Source of the DNA: Candidatus Competibacteraceae bacterium
GTDB taxonomy: Bacteria; Bacteroidota; Bacteroidia; CAIKAF01
Length of the DNA stretch: 64,000 nt
Direction: 5' to 3'
NCBI GenBank assembly: GCA_014879445.1
Contig: JACSSC010000018.1
Location: 64,706-128,705 of the forward strand
Shown here piece by piece: positions 30,749 through 41,013 of the stretch (the stretch's first letter is position 1; each line of letters opens with the position of its first letter). The position numbers were made by a program, and so were the translations under genes. The notes under the pieces are model-generated. The model made no database searches and had not been told where the DNA came from. It saw only the letters and a list, made by a program, of their open reading frames with translations.

Positions 30749-32002
30749 TTAAAAGTATCTGGAGAGTTTAAAACCCGCACTAAGACCGGTGGCAAAAGTA
30801 TTAGGCACCAATCCTTCCAGGTTTCGAGTATGAATAGATAATGTATAACCTTTACCGAAATCAATACCCAAATCAAGCCCCGTATTGAGTGTTCCAAAAC
30901 CGCCATATCCTATTGAGCCGGCAATCATGATGCGTTGATGTGGGTAAAATATCCCTCTTACGTACATTGATGGGAAATAGTGTGCGCTATATCGAGCGTC
31001 AACGCCTGTTTGAAGAAGGATGCGACCGTCCAAAAACTGGTATGCATAGCTTATGTGGAGTATGGCCGGAAGCATTCTAAAGCCGGGGTTTGTAATCTCT
31101 TTTTTTACATAGTTTTGGTTGAGAGAATCAATGAATTGTGTAAACTCGCTACCATCTGTTGTAAAGAGGTTATCTATGATAATCCCGTTGTAATGTAAAG
31201 AGCTATCAATTCTATAGTACTCGCCGGGACGTTCCCAGCTAATAAAACCAATATCTAGTGCTTGTACTGAAAGAATGTGATTGTTTTGAGAGAATTGATA
31301 TTGTAAATCGAGCCCTAATCCCGAACCGTTATTAGCGAAGAAGGTATTATAGGCCGGATCGTTTCGATAAATGTATCCATCAAGTTGGACGAATACTGAT
31401 TCTGCATCATTGGAGGTTAAAATACGATTACTGTCAATTCGTGCCTCATACAGTTGATTTCCGTTGATATAGCTTAATCCGAATGCGAATACATGTTGTG
31501 ATTTTGGGCGTTGCCATGTTTTAACAAATCCAAGTTGAAATTGCTGATACATCATCATAAAGCCCGTTGTTCCTGAAGTTGATATTTCATTTCCGGCGAA
31601 GGGGGCATTGCCATAAAACGGAAGATCAAAGGCATAGCGATTAAATTGACCTTCTGCATAAATCCGATTTTTAAAAGCTGCCAGATATCCCCAGTTTTTT
31701 CCAAGCAGGGAATCGTTCATGTTTTCATATCGAAGCTCTGAGGTCCAGTCGGCGCCAAACCTGTTATAGTCGGAAAGTCGATTGCTAACGCTGTTTTTTA
31801 ATGATTCATCAAGGTAATTACCTGTGAAAAATTTATTTAGAAAAAGCGTGTGAATGTTTTCGCTGCCTATTTCGGCTTGTGAGCTAAGCGAAACATTACG
31901 GCGCTTTTCGGGATATTTATGCAGAAAGTAATTGCTGAATCGCCCGTTGCTCAACAGCAAACATAAGGGGAGTGTCCATATCAAATGCTTAATCTCAGTC
32001 AT
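30749..32002 (-). CDS. Putative outer-membrane beta-barrel protein (hypothetical)
   Basis: N-terminal hydrophobic segment, alternating hydrophobic beta-strand pattern, Gly- and Tyr-rich, ending in C-terminal Phe ('...FKLSRYF'). Its start lies 2 bp from the downstream gene and 4 bp from the upstream gene. Confidence 0.45.
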   Translation of the reverse strand: MTEIKHLIWTLPLCLLLSNGRFSNYFLHKYPEKRRNVSLSSQAEIGSENIHTLFLNKFFTGNYLDESLKNSVSNRLSDYNRFGADWTSELRYENMNDSLLGKNWGYLAAFKNRIYAEGQFNRYAFDLPFYGNAPFAGNEISTSGTTGFMMMYQQFQLGFVKTWQRPKSQHVFAFGLSYINGNQLYEARIDSNRILTSNDAESVFVQLDGYIYRNDPAYNTFFANNGSGLGLDLQYQFSQNNHILSVQALDIGFISWERPGEYYRIDSSLHYNGIIIDNLFTTDGSEFTQFIDSLNQNYVKKEITNPGFRMLPAILHISYAYQFLDGRILLQTGVDARYSAHYFPSMYVRGIFYPHQRIMIAGSIGYGGFGTLNTGLDLGIDFGKGYTLSIHTRNLEGLVPNTFATGLSAGFKLSRYF

Positions 32003-32006
32003 GTGG

Positions 32007-33614
32007 TTATAGGGTAATTCTATATTTTACATCTGCAAGAATTTTTAGCTTCAGATAATAGTCGCTGTACATTTGCAGAAGTTGTAAGTTAGGGACAGAA
32101 TTAAATCGTGCTTTTATAACAATTCTTCGCGCCGAAGTGATGTTTTTAATTTTTGCTTCATTAAAAGGAGCTAGAAGGTTTGATATAAGTGGGAACGTCA
32201 CTCTGTTTGCGGCATTTACGGGAGCAGGACTGATAAGAGATTGAGTAAAAAGAGTATCGGTAAGCAGGCCGGCATCGTCGAGTGTATAGATATTGGCAGC
32301 AAGGGCCAATGGAAATTTATTTTCTGCAATAATACGAAATTCGCCGGAGAGAAATTTTTCAATTTCAATTTCTTCAAATAGAGGATTGTCAAGGGTGTCA
32401 ATAAATTGTACCTGATACACAGAGAACTTAACAGGTGCCTGAATATGGAAAATAAATCGCGGAGGCACGGTTGTGTAAAAGAAGTTATTGTCGGCAGTTG
32501 CGTCGCCCATTGGATTTATTTGTGCAATAGAGTTGATTCTAAATCTATCAGGGATGTTTTCGATAAGTTGGTCGAGGTTGCTGTTTTGAGGCGTGAGCCA
32601 TAGCGTGTAATTATATGGCAATACAGGATTGGTAGTATTATAAGTATTTTGTGCCGTTTGAAGATTAATGAAAGAATTGATAATGGGATGAGTGAGTTCA
32701 ATTTGTTGTCCAGTGGCATCGTTAATGCTGCGGAATTTGTCAATTTTCAAACGCATATCAACGCCCATGGTGTTAACCAATGTAATGCCCATTCGGATAC
32801 TGTCAATATCAAGAATTCCCGACCTAATATATCGGGAGGTTCCTAAATCAATAATGTTTGAATTTATGCTGTCGGTTGCCGGCACAACGAAGCCCTGAGC
32901 GTAGAACGGATTAACCTTTTCTAATGTGTTTTCAGTTGAAAAGAGGAATTGGCCTGTGCTGAGTGGAAGTGCTGGTTCATTTTCGTTGAGCGTTGGAGTA
33001 AGATAAATATAAAGTACATTATATTCATTCAGATTTGGTCCACGAAGGTCAACATAATAATCTTTTAAATTAAGGTGTGTTGAGTACACTATCGTGTCGC
33101 CGGCACTTGCGGCGGGTATTGTTTCGGAAAGAGAAAAGGGTATTCCGTAGTAAGTTGCATTTGGAATGTTATATTGAATATTAATTTTTCGAGGAATAAC
33201 GGATTTAATTTTAATTTTTAGACGTCCGCTTTTGATACGTGCGGCATTCAGTTTGATGCGTTCATGTATGCCAAAACGGATTTTGATTGGGAAGGCAGGT
33301 AATGATACGCCAGGTTGGAGATTAATATTAGGCAGGGTCCAGGTTATGTTGAACAAATAGCTTGAATCAGGAATGTAGGCGATTGAATCCACATCTACAG
33401 TATAAACGGTATCGTAGAAATTAAGCATAATGGCACTGTCGGCAGCGTATTGCAAGTGGGGGTCAGGGATGGCTTGACTTAAATCGAATTGGGTTTGCAG
33501 CACAGGCCCTTTGCCGTCAATATCCCAACTTGTACCATCAAGGGAGCAGGAGCATTGAATGCAGATAATTGCAAAGAGAAAAAAAAGATGGCTAAAAGTT
33601 TTTTTCATTTTCAC
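32007..33614 (-). CDS. Hypothetical lipoprotein
   Basis: Signal peptide with lipobox '...FAIICIQCSCSLDG'. 535 aa, Asn/Ile-rich, no recognised catalytic motif. Confidence 0.45.
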   Translation of the reverse strand: MKMKKTFSHLFFLFAIICIQCSCSLDGTSWDIDGKGPVLQTQFDLSQAIPDPHLQYAADSAIMLNFYDTVYTVDVDSIAYIPDSSYLFNITWTLPNINLQPGVSLPAFPIKIRFGIHERIKLNAARIKSGRLKIKIKSVIPRKINIQYNIPNATYYGIPFSLSETIPAASAGDTIVYSTHLNLKDYYVDLRGPNLNEYNVLYIYLTPTLNENEPALPLSTGQFLFSTENTLEKVNPFYAQGFVVPATDSINSNIIDLGTSRYIRSGILDIDSIRMGITLVNTMGVDMRLKIDKFRSINDATGQQIELTHPIINSFINLQTAQNTYNTTNPVLPYNYTLWLTPQNSNLDQLIENIPDRFRINSIAQINPMGDATADNNFFYTTVPPRFIFHIQAPVKFSVYQVQFIDTLDNPLFEEIEIEKFLSGEFRIIAENKFPLALAANIYTLDDAGLLTDTLFTQSLISPAPVNAANRVTFPLISNLLAPFNEAKIKNITSARRIVIKARFNSVPNLQLLQMYSDYYLKLKILADVKYRITL

Positions 33615-33671
33615 GTTTGATTTTCAAACTTACATTAATAATTTCAAATTTCAATGTTTGGTGTTGTAAGT

Positions 33672-36284
33672 TTATTTTTTAATGCCAATAATTTTTTTGA
33701 TTTCGTTGAGTCGCATCAGTGCTTCAACAGGGGTAAGAGAATTGATATCTGTATTTTCAAGCTCATCACGAATTTGCAGCAATACAGGGTCGTCTAGTTG
33801 AAAAAAACTCAGTTGCAAATTATCTAATTTATCTTTTTTTGGATTACGACCGGCATCATGATGTGATTTTTCGAGTCGTTTCATTACTTCATTTGCTCGC
33901 TGAATAATAGAGTGAGGCATCCCAGCCATGCGAGCTACATGAATACCAAAACTGTGTTCGCTGCCTCCGGGCTCTAGTTTTCTTAAAAAAATTACCTTAT
34001 TCCCAACTTCTTTTACAGAGACATGGAAGTTTCGAATACGTGGCATTCGAGAAGCCATTTCATTTAGTTCGTGATAGTGAGTGGCAAAAAGGGTTTTGGG
34101 TTTGAATTTGGCATGCTCGTGCAGATATTCGGCAATAGACCAAGCAATGGAAATACCATCATATGTGCTAGTGCCTCGACCGATTTCGTCAAGCAAAATT
34201 AGGCATCTTTCAGATAAGTTATTGAGGATACTGGCAGTTTCATTCATTTCTACCATAAAGGTTGATTCGCCCATGCTGAGGTTATCGGAAGCGCCTACGC
34301 GGGTAAAAATTTTATCTACAATTCCAATTCGGGCTTCGGCGGCAGGCACAAAACTACCCACTTGGGCCAAAAGCACAATAAGTGCTGTTTGGCGAAGAAT
34401 TGCCGATTTGCCACTCATATTAGGGCCTGTAATGATAATAATTTGTTGTTCTAATTCATCCAAATGGATGTCGTTAGGGATATATGACTCGCCAACCGGC
34501 AGCGCTCGCTCTATTACCGGATGTCGTCCTTGCAGGATAGTAATGGAATGACCTTCATTTATTTCTGGTCGGCGATATTGATTTTGTGAGGCCACTTCTG
34601 CAAATCCCTGCAAACAGTCCATTTCGGCAAGGAGTCGAGCGTTGAGTTGAAATGTAGGGATGAACTGATGAAGCCACTGAATAAATTCTGTGTATAACGA
34701 AAGCTCTAAAGCAAGAATACGTTCTTCTGCGCCAAGTATTTTGGTTTCATACTCTTTAAGTTCGGGCGTTACGTATCTTTCTGCATTAGTAAGGGTTTGT
34801 CGTCGAATCCAGTCGTCTGGCACTTTTTCTTTATGAACATGCGTTACCTCCAGATAATATCCATACACATTATTAAATCCGATTTTGAGTGATGAAATGC
34901 CCGTTCGTTCGATTTCTCTTTGCTGGATTTGCACTAAGTAATTACGTCCTGAGCCGGCCAAATTTCGAAGTTCATCAAGTTCGGCATTAACATTATTGGC
35001 AAACACGCCTCCTTTTTGTGGATGTGAAGGGGCTGAGTCAAGAATTTCTTGTTTAACTTTATTGATGACGGATTGGCATGGATTCAGTTGTTCAACAACC
35101 GGTTTGAGCAACTCGCTTTCTGAAAGGGATTGTCGAATTTGTTCGATAGATTCGAGCGCTCTGCGAAGTTGTATCATTTCGCGGGGGGCAATGCGACTTG
35201 TCGCTATGCGTCCTGTGATTCGTTCAAGATCGCCGATATCTTTTAAGCATGCTTGAATTTGTTTATGAAGATCGCGATTTTCATAGAAATATCCGGTAAT
35301 ATGAAGACGTTGCTCTATGGCGTGAATATCTTTCAGGGGCATAATCAGCCATCGTCGCAACATTCTTGCTCCCATAGGTGTACATGTGCGGTCAACCACG
35401 TCATGCAGCGTCATGGCTTTATCGTGTTGCGAAGAAACTAACTCTAGGTTGCGGATGGTAAAATTGTCTAATCGAACGAATTCATTTTGGTCAATTCTTG
35501 ATAAAGTATTGATATGTGCAATCTGGTGATTTTGTGTTTCGCTTAAATAGTGAAGAATGGATCCAGATGCAATGGTTGCTAAGTGCATATCATCAATACC
35601 AAAACCTTTCAGTGTAGTAATTCCAAATTGTCGAAGGAGCAAATCGCGGCAAAAATCGTAGTCAAAAATCCACTCATCAAGCCCGTAAATAATAAGCGAA
35701 TCGCCGAACCTGTCTCTTATGGTGCGTTGTCGTGGTTTGGGATATACGACTTCTTTAGGTTGAAGAGATTGAATGAGATTTTGCACATAGCTTGTATCGC
35801 CCTCCCCGGTTAAAAATTCCCCTGTGCTGATATCCAAAAAAGCTACACCTGTAACATTTTCTGATGGGAATATGGCACAAAGAAAGTTGTTGGTTTTGTT
35901 ATCGAGTACATTTTCATTCATGGTAAGACCTGGAGTAATCAATTCTGTTACGCCACGTTTCACGATAGTTTTTGTAAGTTTTGGGTCTTCTAACTGTTCA
36001 CAAATGGCAACACGGTAACCTGCTCTAACCAGTTTGGGCAAGTATGATTCGAGTGAATGATAGGGGAATCCGGCTAGTTCAACATGAGAAGCCGACCCAT
36101 TTGCTCTTTTTGTGAGAACAATACCCAATACTCTTGAACTCACAATGGCATCTTCGCCAAAGCTTTCATAAAAATCGCCCACTCTAAAAAGCAAAATGGC
36201 ATCAGGGTACTTGCCTTTGATGCTAAGATATTGCTTCATGAGTGGTGTTTCGCTTATTCCTTCTGATTTTTCTTTCTTTGCCAT
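33672..36284 (-). CDS. mutS: DNA mismatch repair protein MutS
   Basis: N-terminal mismatch-binding motif 'GDFYESFGEDA', Walker A 'GPNMSGKS', and the 'THYHEL' region. The start is set at 'MAKKEK...' (36284), not the 30-aa longer ORF-track start. Confidence 0.95.
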   Translation of the reverse strand: MAKKEKSEGISETPLMKQYLSIKGKYPDAILLFRVGDFYESFGEDAIVSSRVLGIVLTKRANGSASHVELAGFPYHSLESYLPKLVRAGYRVAICEQLEDPKLTKTIVKRGVTELITPGLTMNENVLDNKTNNFLCAIFPSENVTGVAFLDISTGEFLTGEGDTSYVQNLIQSLQPKEVVYPKPRQRTIRDRFGDSLIIYGLDEWIFDYDFCRDLLLRQFGITTLKGFGIDDMHLATIASGSILHYLSETQNHQIAHINTLSRIDQNEFVRLDNFTIRNLELVSSQHDKAMTLHDVVDRTCTPMGARMLRRWLIMPLKDIHAIEQRLHITGYFYENRDLHKQIQACLKDIGDLERITGRIATSRIAPREMIQLRRALESIEQIRQSLSESELLKPVVEQLNPCQSVINKVKQEILDSAPSHPQKGGVFANNVNAELDELRNLAGSGRNYLVQIQQREIERTGISSLKIGFNNVYGYYLEVTHVHKEKVPDDWIRRQTLTNAERYVTPELKEYETKILGAEERILALELSLYTEFIQWLHQFIPTFQLNARLLAEMDCLQGFAEVASQNQYRRPEINEGHSITILQGRHPVIERALPVGESYIPNDIHLDELEQQIIIITGPNMSGKSAILRQTALIVLLAQVGSFVPAAEARIGIVDKIFTRVGASDNLSMGESTFMVEMNETASILNNLSERCLILLDEIGRGTSTYDGISIAWSIAEYLHEHAKFKPKTLFATHYHELNEMASRMPRIRNFHVSVKEVGNKVIFLRKLEPGGSEHSFGIHVARMAGMPHSIIQRANEVMKRLEKSHHDAGRNPKKDKLDNLQLSFFQLDDPVLLQIRDELENTDINSLTPVEALMRLNEIKKIIGIKK

Positions 36285-36357
36285 CAGCGTAAAGTTGCAC
36301 AAAATTATCGGTTTTTTTAGCCGATTTTTTTTATATTTTTGAACCAAATCATAACAA

Positions 36358-36894
36358 ATGCACAGAAAACTCAAGTTGCATGAGTTGAATAGGAAATCAA
36401 AAGAAGATTTTCTACGAACCGAGAAATTGCCGGTTCGCGTTATTATAGACGATATTCGAAGTGGTCATAATGTGGGTGCGGTTTTTAGAACATCAGATGC
36501 ATTTATGCTCGAATGTCTTTATTTATGCGGACGTACGCCTTCTCCTCCACACATTGAAATAAGTAAGACAGCGTTAGGGGCTGAAGAAACGGTTAAATGG
36601 AGTCGTGTTGATACAGCATTCGATGCTGTTGAATTATGCCGATCTGATGGTTTTGAGATTGTTACAATAGAACAAACAACGGGATCAATTCCTCTTACTG
36701 AAATGAAGTGGCGACCCAATGTACCATATGCCATTGTGTTGGGGAATGAGGTTACTGGCGTTTCTGAAGAGGTTATTCCTTTGTCGTCTTATATTGTTGA
36801 AATTCCGCAATGGGGAACCAAGCATTCTCTTAATGTATCTGTTGCTGCTGGCATTGTTTTATGGTCGGCCTGCTCGTCATTGCTTTCTCAATAG
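36358..36894 (+). CDS. SpoU/TrmH-family RNA 2'-O-methyltransferase
   Basis: SPOUT motifs 'IIDDIRSGHNVGAVFRTSDAF' and 'VLGNEVTGVSEE...IPQWG...SLNVSVAAGIVL'. Confidence 0.75.
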   Translation: MHRKLKLHELNRKSKEDFLRTEKLPVRVIIDDIRSGHNVGAVFRTSDAFMLECLYLCGRTPSPPHIEISKTALGAEETVKWSRVDTAFDAVELCRSDGFEIVTIEQTTGSIPLTEMKWRPNVPYAIVLGNEVTGVSEEVIPLSSYIVEIPQWGTKHSLNVSVAAGIVLWSACSSLLSQ

Positions 36895-36896
36895 AA

Positions 36897-38294
36897 CTAT
36901 GCCCCAATGGTTTTTCTTACCTCATGTAAAAGTTGTTGTGTTTCATCGGCTGTTGATGTTTCGGCATAAATTCGCAGCAGTGGTTCTGTTCCTGAAGCGC
37001 GTATCAGCAGCCAGTCGTCGTTTTCAAAAAGAAATTTGTAACCATCAATATCTTCTGTACGTTTTACACGTCGGTTGCCAAATGTTTGGTAGGCGCCATT
37101 CTTGCATTGTGCAACGATGTGTTGCTTTAACTCTTCTGTAAGATGTAAATCAAGACGATCGTAAGCGAATGGCCCTACGATTTGATAAACTTCATCTATG
37201 AGATCGCGAAGTGTTTTCCCGGTTTCTGCCATAAATTCCCAAATGATAAGACCCATCCATATTCCGTCACGTTCTGGAATGTGTCCTTTAATGGCGATAC
37301 CGCCGGATTCTTCTCCACCCAATAATATATCTTCATTAAGCATAAAGCCGGTAATGTTTTTAAAACCGATTGGAGTAGTGTGTTGTTCGAGGTTGTAATG
37401 GGAACAGATTTTTTTTATTTTTTCGGAAACAGAAAATGCAGTTATCACTTTACCTGATTGTTTTTTGTAGTGAACTAAGTAGTGTATAAGCAGGAGAATA
37501 ATATGGTGAGAATCTACAAAATTTCCTTGATCATCGAATAAGCCGATACGGTCGGCATCACCATCAGTTGCCAATCCGCAGTCAATAGCTTCTGAAACTC
37601 TGATAAAATCAGAAAATTCTGTAAGGTTGCGCAAAATCGGCTCAGGCGCTATGCCTTCAAATCCTGGATTCTCGGTGCAGTGCAGAAGTTCAATCTCTGG
37701 GAAAAGCGTATTCATTACATACTGTCCGGCTCCATACATGGCATCAAAACCGAAGCGGAATGGGGACTGATTGATTGCTTCAAGATTGAATGTGTTTTTA
37801 ATTGCATCAAGGTATAGATCTCGAAGGTCGCTCTTAATAAATAATGGATTGTTGTAAAGAATATTTTCGTTTATTGGATTTGTATGGTCGGGTATTAGAT
37901 TTTCTACGGCAAGGATGTCGTCTGGCAAAAGGGGTCCACCAAACGAGCCCTTTAGCTTATATCCATTATATTCGGGAGGATTATGGCTTGCTGTTATCAC
38001 TACACCAAGGTCTGCCTTGAGATGGCGAGTGCCAAGTGAAACCATAGGTGTTGAAACAAATACTGGAGAAAAGTAAACCTTGATTCCGTTATTTACAAAT
38101 ACTTTAGCAGCTTCTTCCAGAAACAACTTTCCGCCGAAACGGCAGTCGTGGCCAATAACAACAATGGGATTTGATTTTTGTTGATGCAACCAGCGGCTTA
38201 CGCCTTCGCTAACCCTTCTTACGTTGTCGGTAGTAAAATCACGTGCAATTATAGCACGCCAGCCATCTGTTCCAAATTTAATTTTATTGCTCAT
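36897..38294 (-). CDS. Phosphoglucomutase/phosphomannomutase family protein
   Basis: Active-site loop 'GVVITASHNPPEYNGYK' (phosphoserine), metal-binding 'DGDADR' and 'GGEESGG'. Confidence 0.85.
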   Translation of the reverse strand: MSNKIKFGTDGWRAIIARDFTTDNVRRVSEGVSRWLHQQKSNPIVVIGHDCRFGGKLFLEEAAKVFVNNGIKVYFSPVFVSTPMVSLGTRHLKADLGVVITASHNPPEYNGYKLKGSFGGPLLPDDILAVENLIPDHTNPINENILYNNPLFIKSDLRDLYLDAIKNTFNLEAINQSPFRFGFDAMYGAGQYVMNTLFPEIELLHCTENPGFEGIAPEPILRNLTEFSDFIRVSEAIDCGLATDGDADRIGLFDDQGNFVDSHHIILLLIHYLVHYKKQSGKVITAFSVSEKIKKICSHYNLEQHTTPIGFKNITGFMLNEDILLGGEESGGIAIKGHIPERDGIWMGLIIWEFMAETGKTLRDLIDEVYQIVGPFAYDRLDLHLTEELKQHIVAQCKNGAYQTFGNRRVKRTEDIDGYKFLFENDDWLLIRASGTEPLLRIYAETSTADETQQLLHEVRKTIGA

Positions 38295-38357
38295 GCCAAA
38301 TTATATTGAACAGCAAAAATACATTTTCCCGTGGCAATATCTTCAAGTATTTTATTA

Positions 38358-40997
38358 TCAATACGGAGCTACATATTTGATTAGCTCAGGATGTCGTTCG
38401 GATGCTAATAACCGGTTATATAATGCTTTTGCAAAATCTGCACGATTTTTTGCTTCTTTTCTAACGGAGAGATTTTTATCTTTAACTGATATTTGCAGGT
38501 CGCTTTCTATAATGGTTCCAATAGCTTCGAAGGCGGCAACCCTTGGATACCACATCGGATCATTTTTAATTATGATAGAAAAAAATTCGATGGCTTTTTC
38601 TTTGATATTGCCCGGGGCTTTGGACATGAAATTTCCCATTGCATAAAGGTATTCCATTTCTTCACCAGGGTCTGAAAGTAGTGTATATGAGTTAAAATAT
38701 AAATTTGCCAGTGTTGTATCTTCTCCCAAACCGCTTAGCAAATATGCTACATTGGAAACAAATGAAGAGGATTTAGGATTATCGTTAAGTGTTTGATAAA
38801 TAAAAGAAATTACAAAGTTCGGGTCCGTCTCAACCAATTCATTTATTGCCACATTTACCACTTTCCAGGCCTTGTCATTACATGCATTTTGCAGTAAGAT
38901 TTTTCTTTCTGATTCATTCAGAATAGAGATAGATTTTTGAATGGCTGTTATTCTTACATCGGCATCGGGGTCATTAATTATTGCATTTTTCAGATATGCA
39001 ACAAGCTTTTGTTTGTCACTTTCAGGAAGCCGAGTAGCGAGGGGAATCGCTTGAATTCGGACCGCAGCAAAAGGATGGTGTAACGCATCCCATATAGCAG
39101 ATGTAATGTCTGATGACCAAAGTTTGGCATGTAATTCTTCAAAATGGGTTAATGCTCTTGTTTTATCTAAAATATTACCACCATACTTAAACTGAAGTGC
39201 AAATTTAGAAGAGGGTTTGTTGTCGTTGATGTTAGCAAGTAGTACTCCATCTTCATCAACATTTATAAAGTCGGGCTCATTTTGTACATCAAACACAAAG
39301 GTTTGTATGGCAGAATCGAGCCATACCCTGTGGTTTTTAGGTTTGCCATCGAAATAAAGTGTAATGTCAATCGGTAGGCGAAAAAGTGGGGCAAAAGTTG
39401 CGTTTTGTGTCTGTTCAATTGTTACGAATTGTTTTTTCTTTTCCTTGTTAAAGCTGTAACCAATTTCAAGAGTCGGGAACCCTTTATTTAAAAACCATTG
39501 ACTAAAAAACCAATTCAGATCTTCTCCTGTAATTTCTTCAAATACGAGTCGCAAATGATGTATTTCTGCTGCTTGAAATGCGTATCGAGTGAGGTAGAGT
39601 TTTAAGGCGTCAAAAAAGGCATCGTCGCCAACTATATGGCGAAGCATATGCAATACGCGTCCGCCTTTGTTATAAGAGTGGGCGTCAAACATGTCTTCTG
39701 CATCGTGGTGATAATATCGAATCAGGTTCTCGTTTTTATATAATGCCTCATTTTTATATCCCTGCATTTCTTCCATATGGTGTATGTCGGCTGCTTCTTT
39801 TCCGTATTTATATTCAATCCATAAATATTCGCCATAGTTTGCAAAAGATTCATTCAGCGGAAGATTTGCCCACGATTCGCAGGTTACAAGGTTTCCAAAC
39901 CATTGATGAAAAAGTTCGTGGGCAATGGTTTGTTCGTGATTATTTCCGAGTTGTTCGCGGTCGGTAAGTTGCATATATTCTCCCAGCACTACACAGGAAG
40001 TATTTTCCATAGCGCCTGAAACGTAATCCCGAACAAAGACCTGATGGTATTTATCCCAGGGGAATGGAACACCAAGTTTTGATGAATAAAAATCAATCAT
40101 TTCAACGGTGTTGCCAAGTAGAGATTGGGCGTAGGTCTCATAATACGGCTCTAAATAATACCATACTGGAATGTTGTTATATTGTGTTTTTATTACACTA
40201 TATTTTCCGGCAATCAAGGCGGTAAGATATGGAGCGTGTGGCTTATCTTGTCTCCAGACATCGGTTCGTGTTCCGTTGTTATGTTTTAATGATTTAATTA
40301 AAACACCATTTGAAAGGGTTTGCATACTGTCGCCTATGGTTATATGCAATTCTTGCGTCATTCGTTCGGCGGTATTGTCATTTGTCGGGAACCATAAAGA
40401 GGCATCTTCTGGTTCGTTTTGTGTCCATATTTGGTATGGCTTGGTTGGTGTTGTTTCGTCGGGTGTAATGAAGTAGAAGCCGTGTGCATGCGGGTCAAGA
40501 TCGGGGCAGAATGAAGCTATATCATATGGATGTGCTGTATAATCTATTTCTATTCTAAGCGTATCAGTTCTTGTAAATGTCTGGTCGGTTGATATGTTGA
40601 GTTGATAATTGTTGTAAGTATGATTTGATGTAACTTGTGCGTTGCGATGATATAAATTAACGGAATGAATGGTGAACGCTTTAGCATCAAGGGTAATGCT
40701 GTTTGTTGGGTAAAAGTAGGGTTTGATGAAGAGTATGGCTTTGCCCGATATTTCCTTTTTTTTCCAATCGCATTCTAAGTGAAGTGTAGTATGCAGGATG
40801 TCGGTTTCTCGTGTTTTTGATTTTTTATATCCGAAATGTTCGGCGGGGCCTTGTTCTGAATTGGCTTTCACTACGAGTGGTTCGAGTGTTTGATGCAGTA
40901 TGGTTTTTGTTTTGCATGCTGACAAAACCACCAGAAAACAAAACAATAATGGAGTATGCCAAACATCACTTTTCATAATTAGATGTAGCGTTTTCAT
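38358..40997 (-). CDS. pepN: Aminopeptidase N (M1 family) with C-terminal HEAT/ARM-like repeats, lipoprotein
   Basis: 'GAMEN', 'HELFHQWFGNLVT' plus the downstream 'NESFANY' E ligand, and lipobox 'LSACK'. Confidence 0.85.
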   Translation of the reverse strand: MKTLHLIMKSDVWHTPLLFCFLVVLSACKTKTILHQTLEPLVVKANSEQGPAEHFGYKKSKTRETDILHTTLHLECDWKKKEISGKAILFIKPYFYPTNSITLDAKAFTIHSVNLYHRNAQVTSNHTYNNYQLNISTDQTFTRTDTLRIEIDYTAHPYDIASFCPDLDPHAHGFYFITPDETTPTKPYQIWTQNEPEDASLWFPTNDNTAERMTQELHITIGDSMQTLSNGVLIKSLKHNNGTRTDVWRQDKPHAPYLTALIAGKYSVIKTQYNNIPVWYYLEPYYETYAQSLLGNTVEMIDFYSSKLGVPFPWDKYHQVFVRDYVSGAMENTSCVVLGEYMQLTDREQLGNNHEQTIAHELFHQWFGNLVTCESWANLPLNESFANYGEYLWIEYKYGKEAADIHHMEEMQGYKNEALYKNENLIRYYHHDAEDMFDAHSYNKGGRVLHMLRHIVGDDAFFDALKLYLTRYAFQAAEIHHLRLVFEEITGEDLNWFFSQWFLNKGFPTLEIGYSFNKEKKKQFVTIEQTQNATFAPLFRLPIDITLYFDGKPKNHRVWLDSAIQTFVFDVQNEPDFINVDEDGVLLANINDNKPSSKFALQFKYGGNILDKTRALTHFEELHAKLWSSDITSAIWDALHHPFAAVRIQAIPLATRLPESDKQKLVAYLKNAIINDPDADVRITAIQKSISILNESERKILLQNACNDKAWKVVNVAINELVETDPNFVISFIYQTLNDNPKSSSFVSNVAYLLSGLGEDTTLANLYFNSYTLLSDPGEEMEYLYAMGNFMSKAPGNIKEKAIEFFSIIIKNDPMWYPRVAAFEAIGTIIESDLQISVKDKNLSVRKEAKNRADFAKALYNRLLASERHPELIKYVAPY

Positions 40998-41013
40998 AAA
41001 ACAGGAAGATAAT

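Noticed and set aside
34081-34551. 156-aa plus-strand ORF
   Set aside because: It is antisense within mutS, and several other ORFs of 60-110 aa inside pepN, recQ, the XDH gene and the SDR gene are antisense in the same way; none has a motif, each is nested in a strongly supported gene, and the ORF at 13005-13337 is an alternative frame inside the TauE-like gene.
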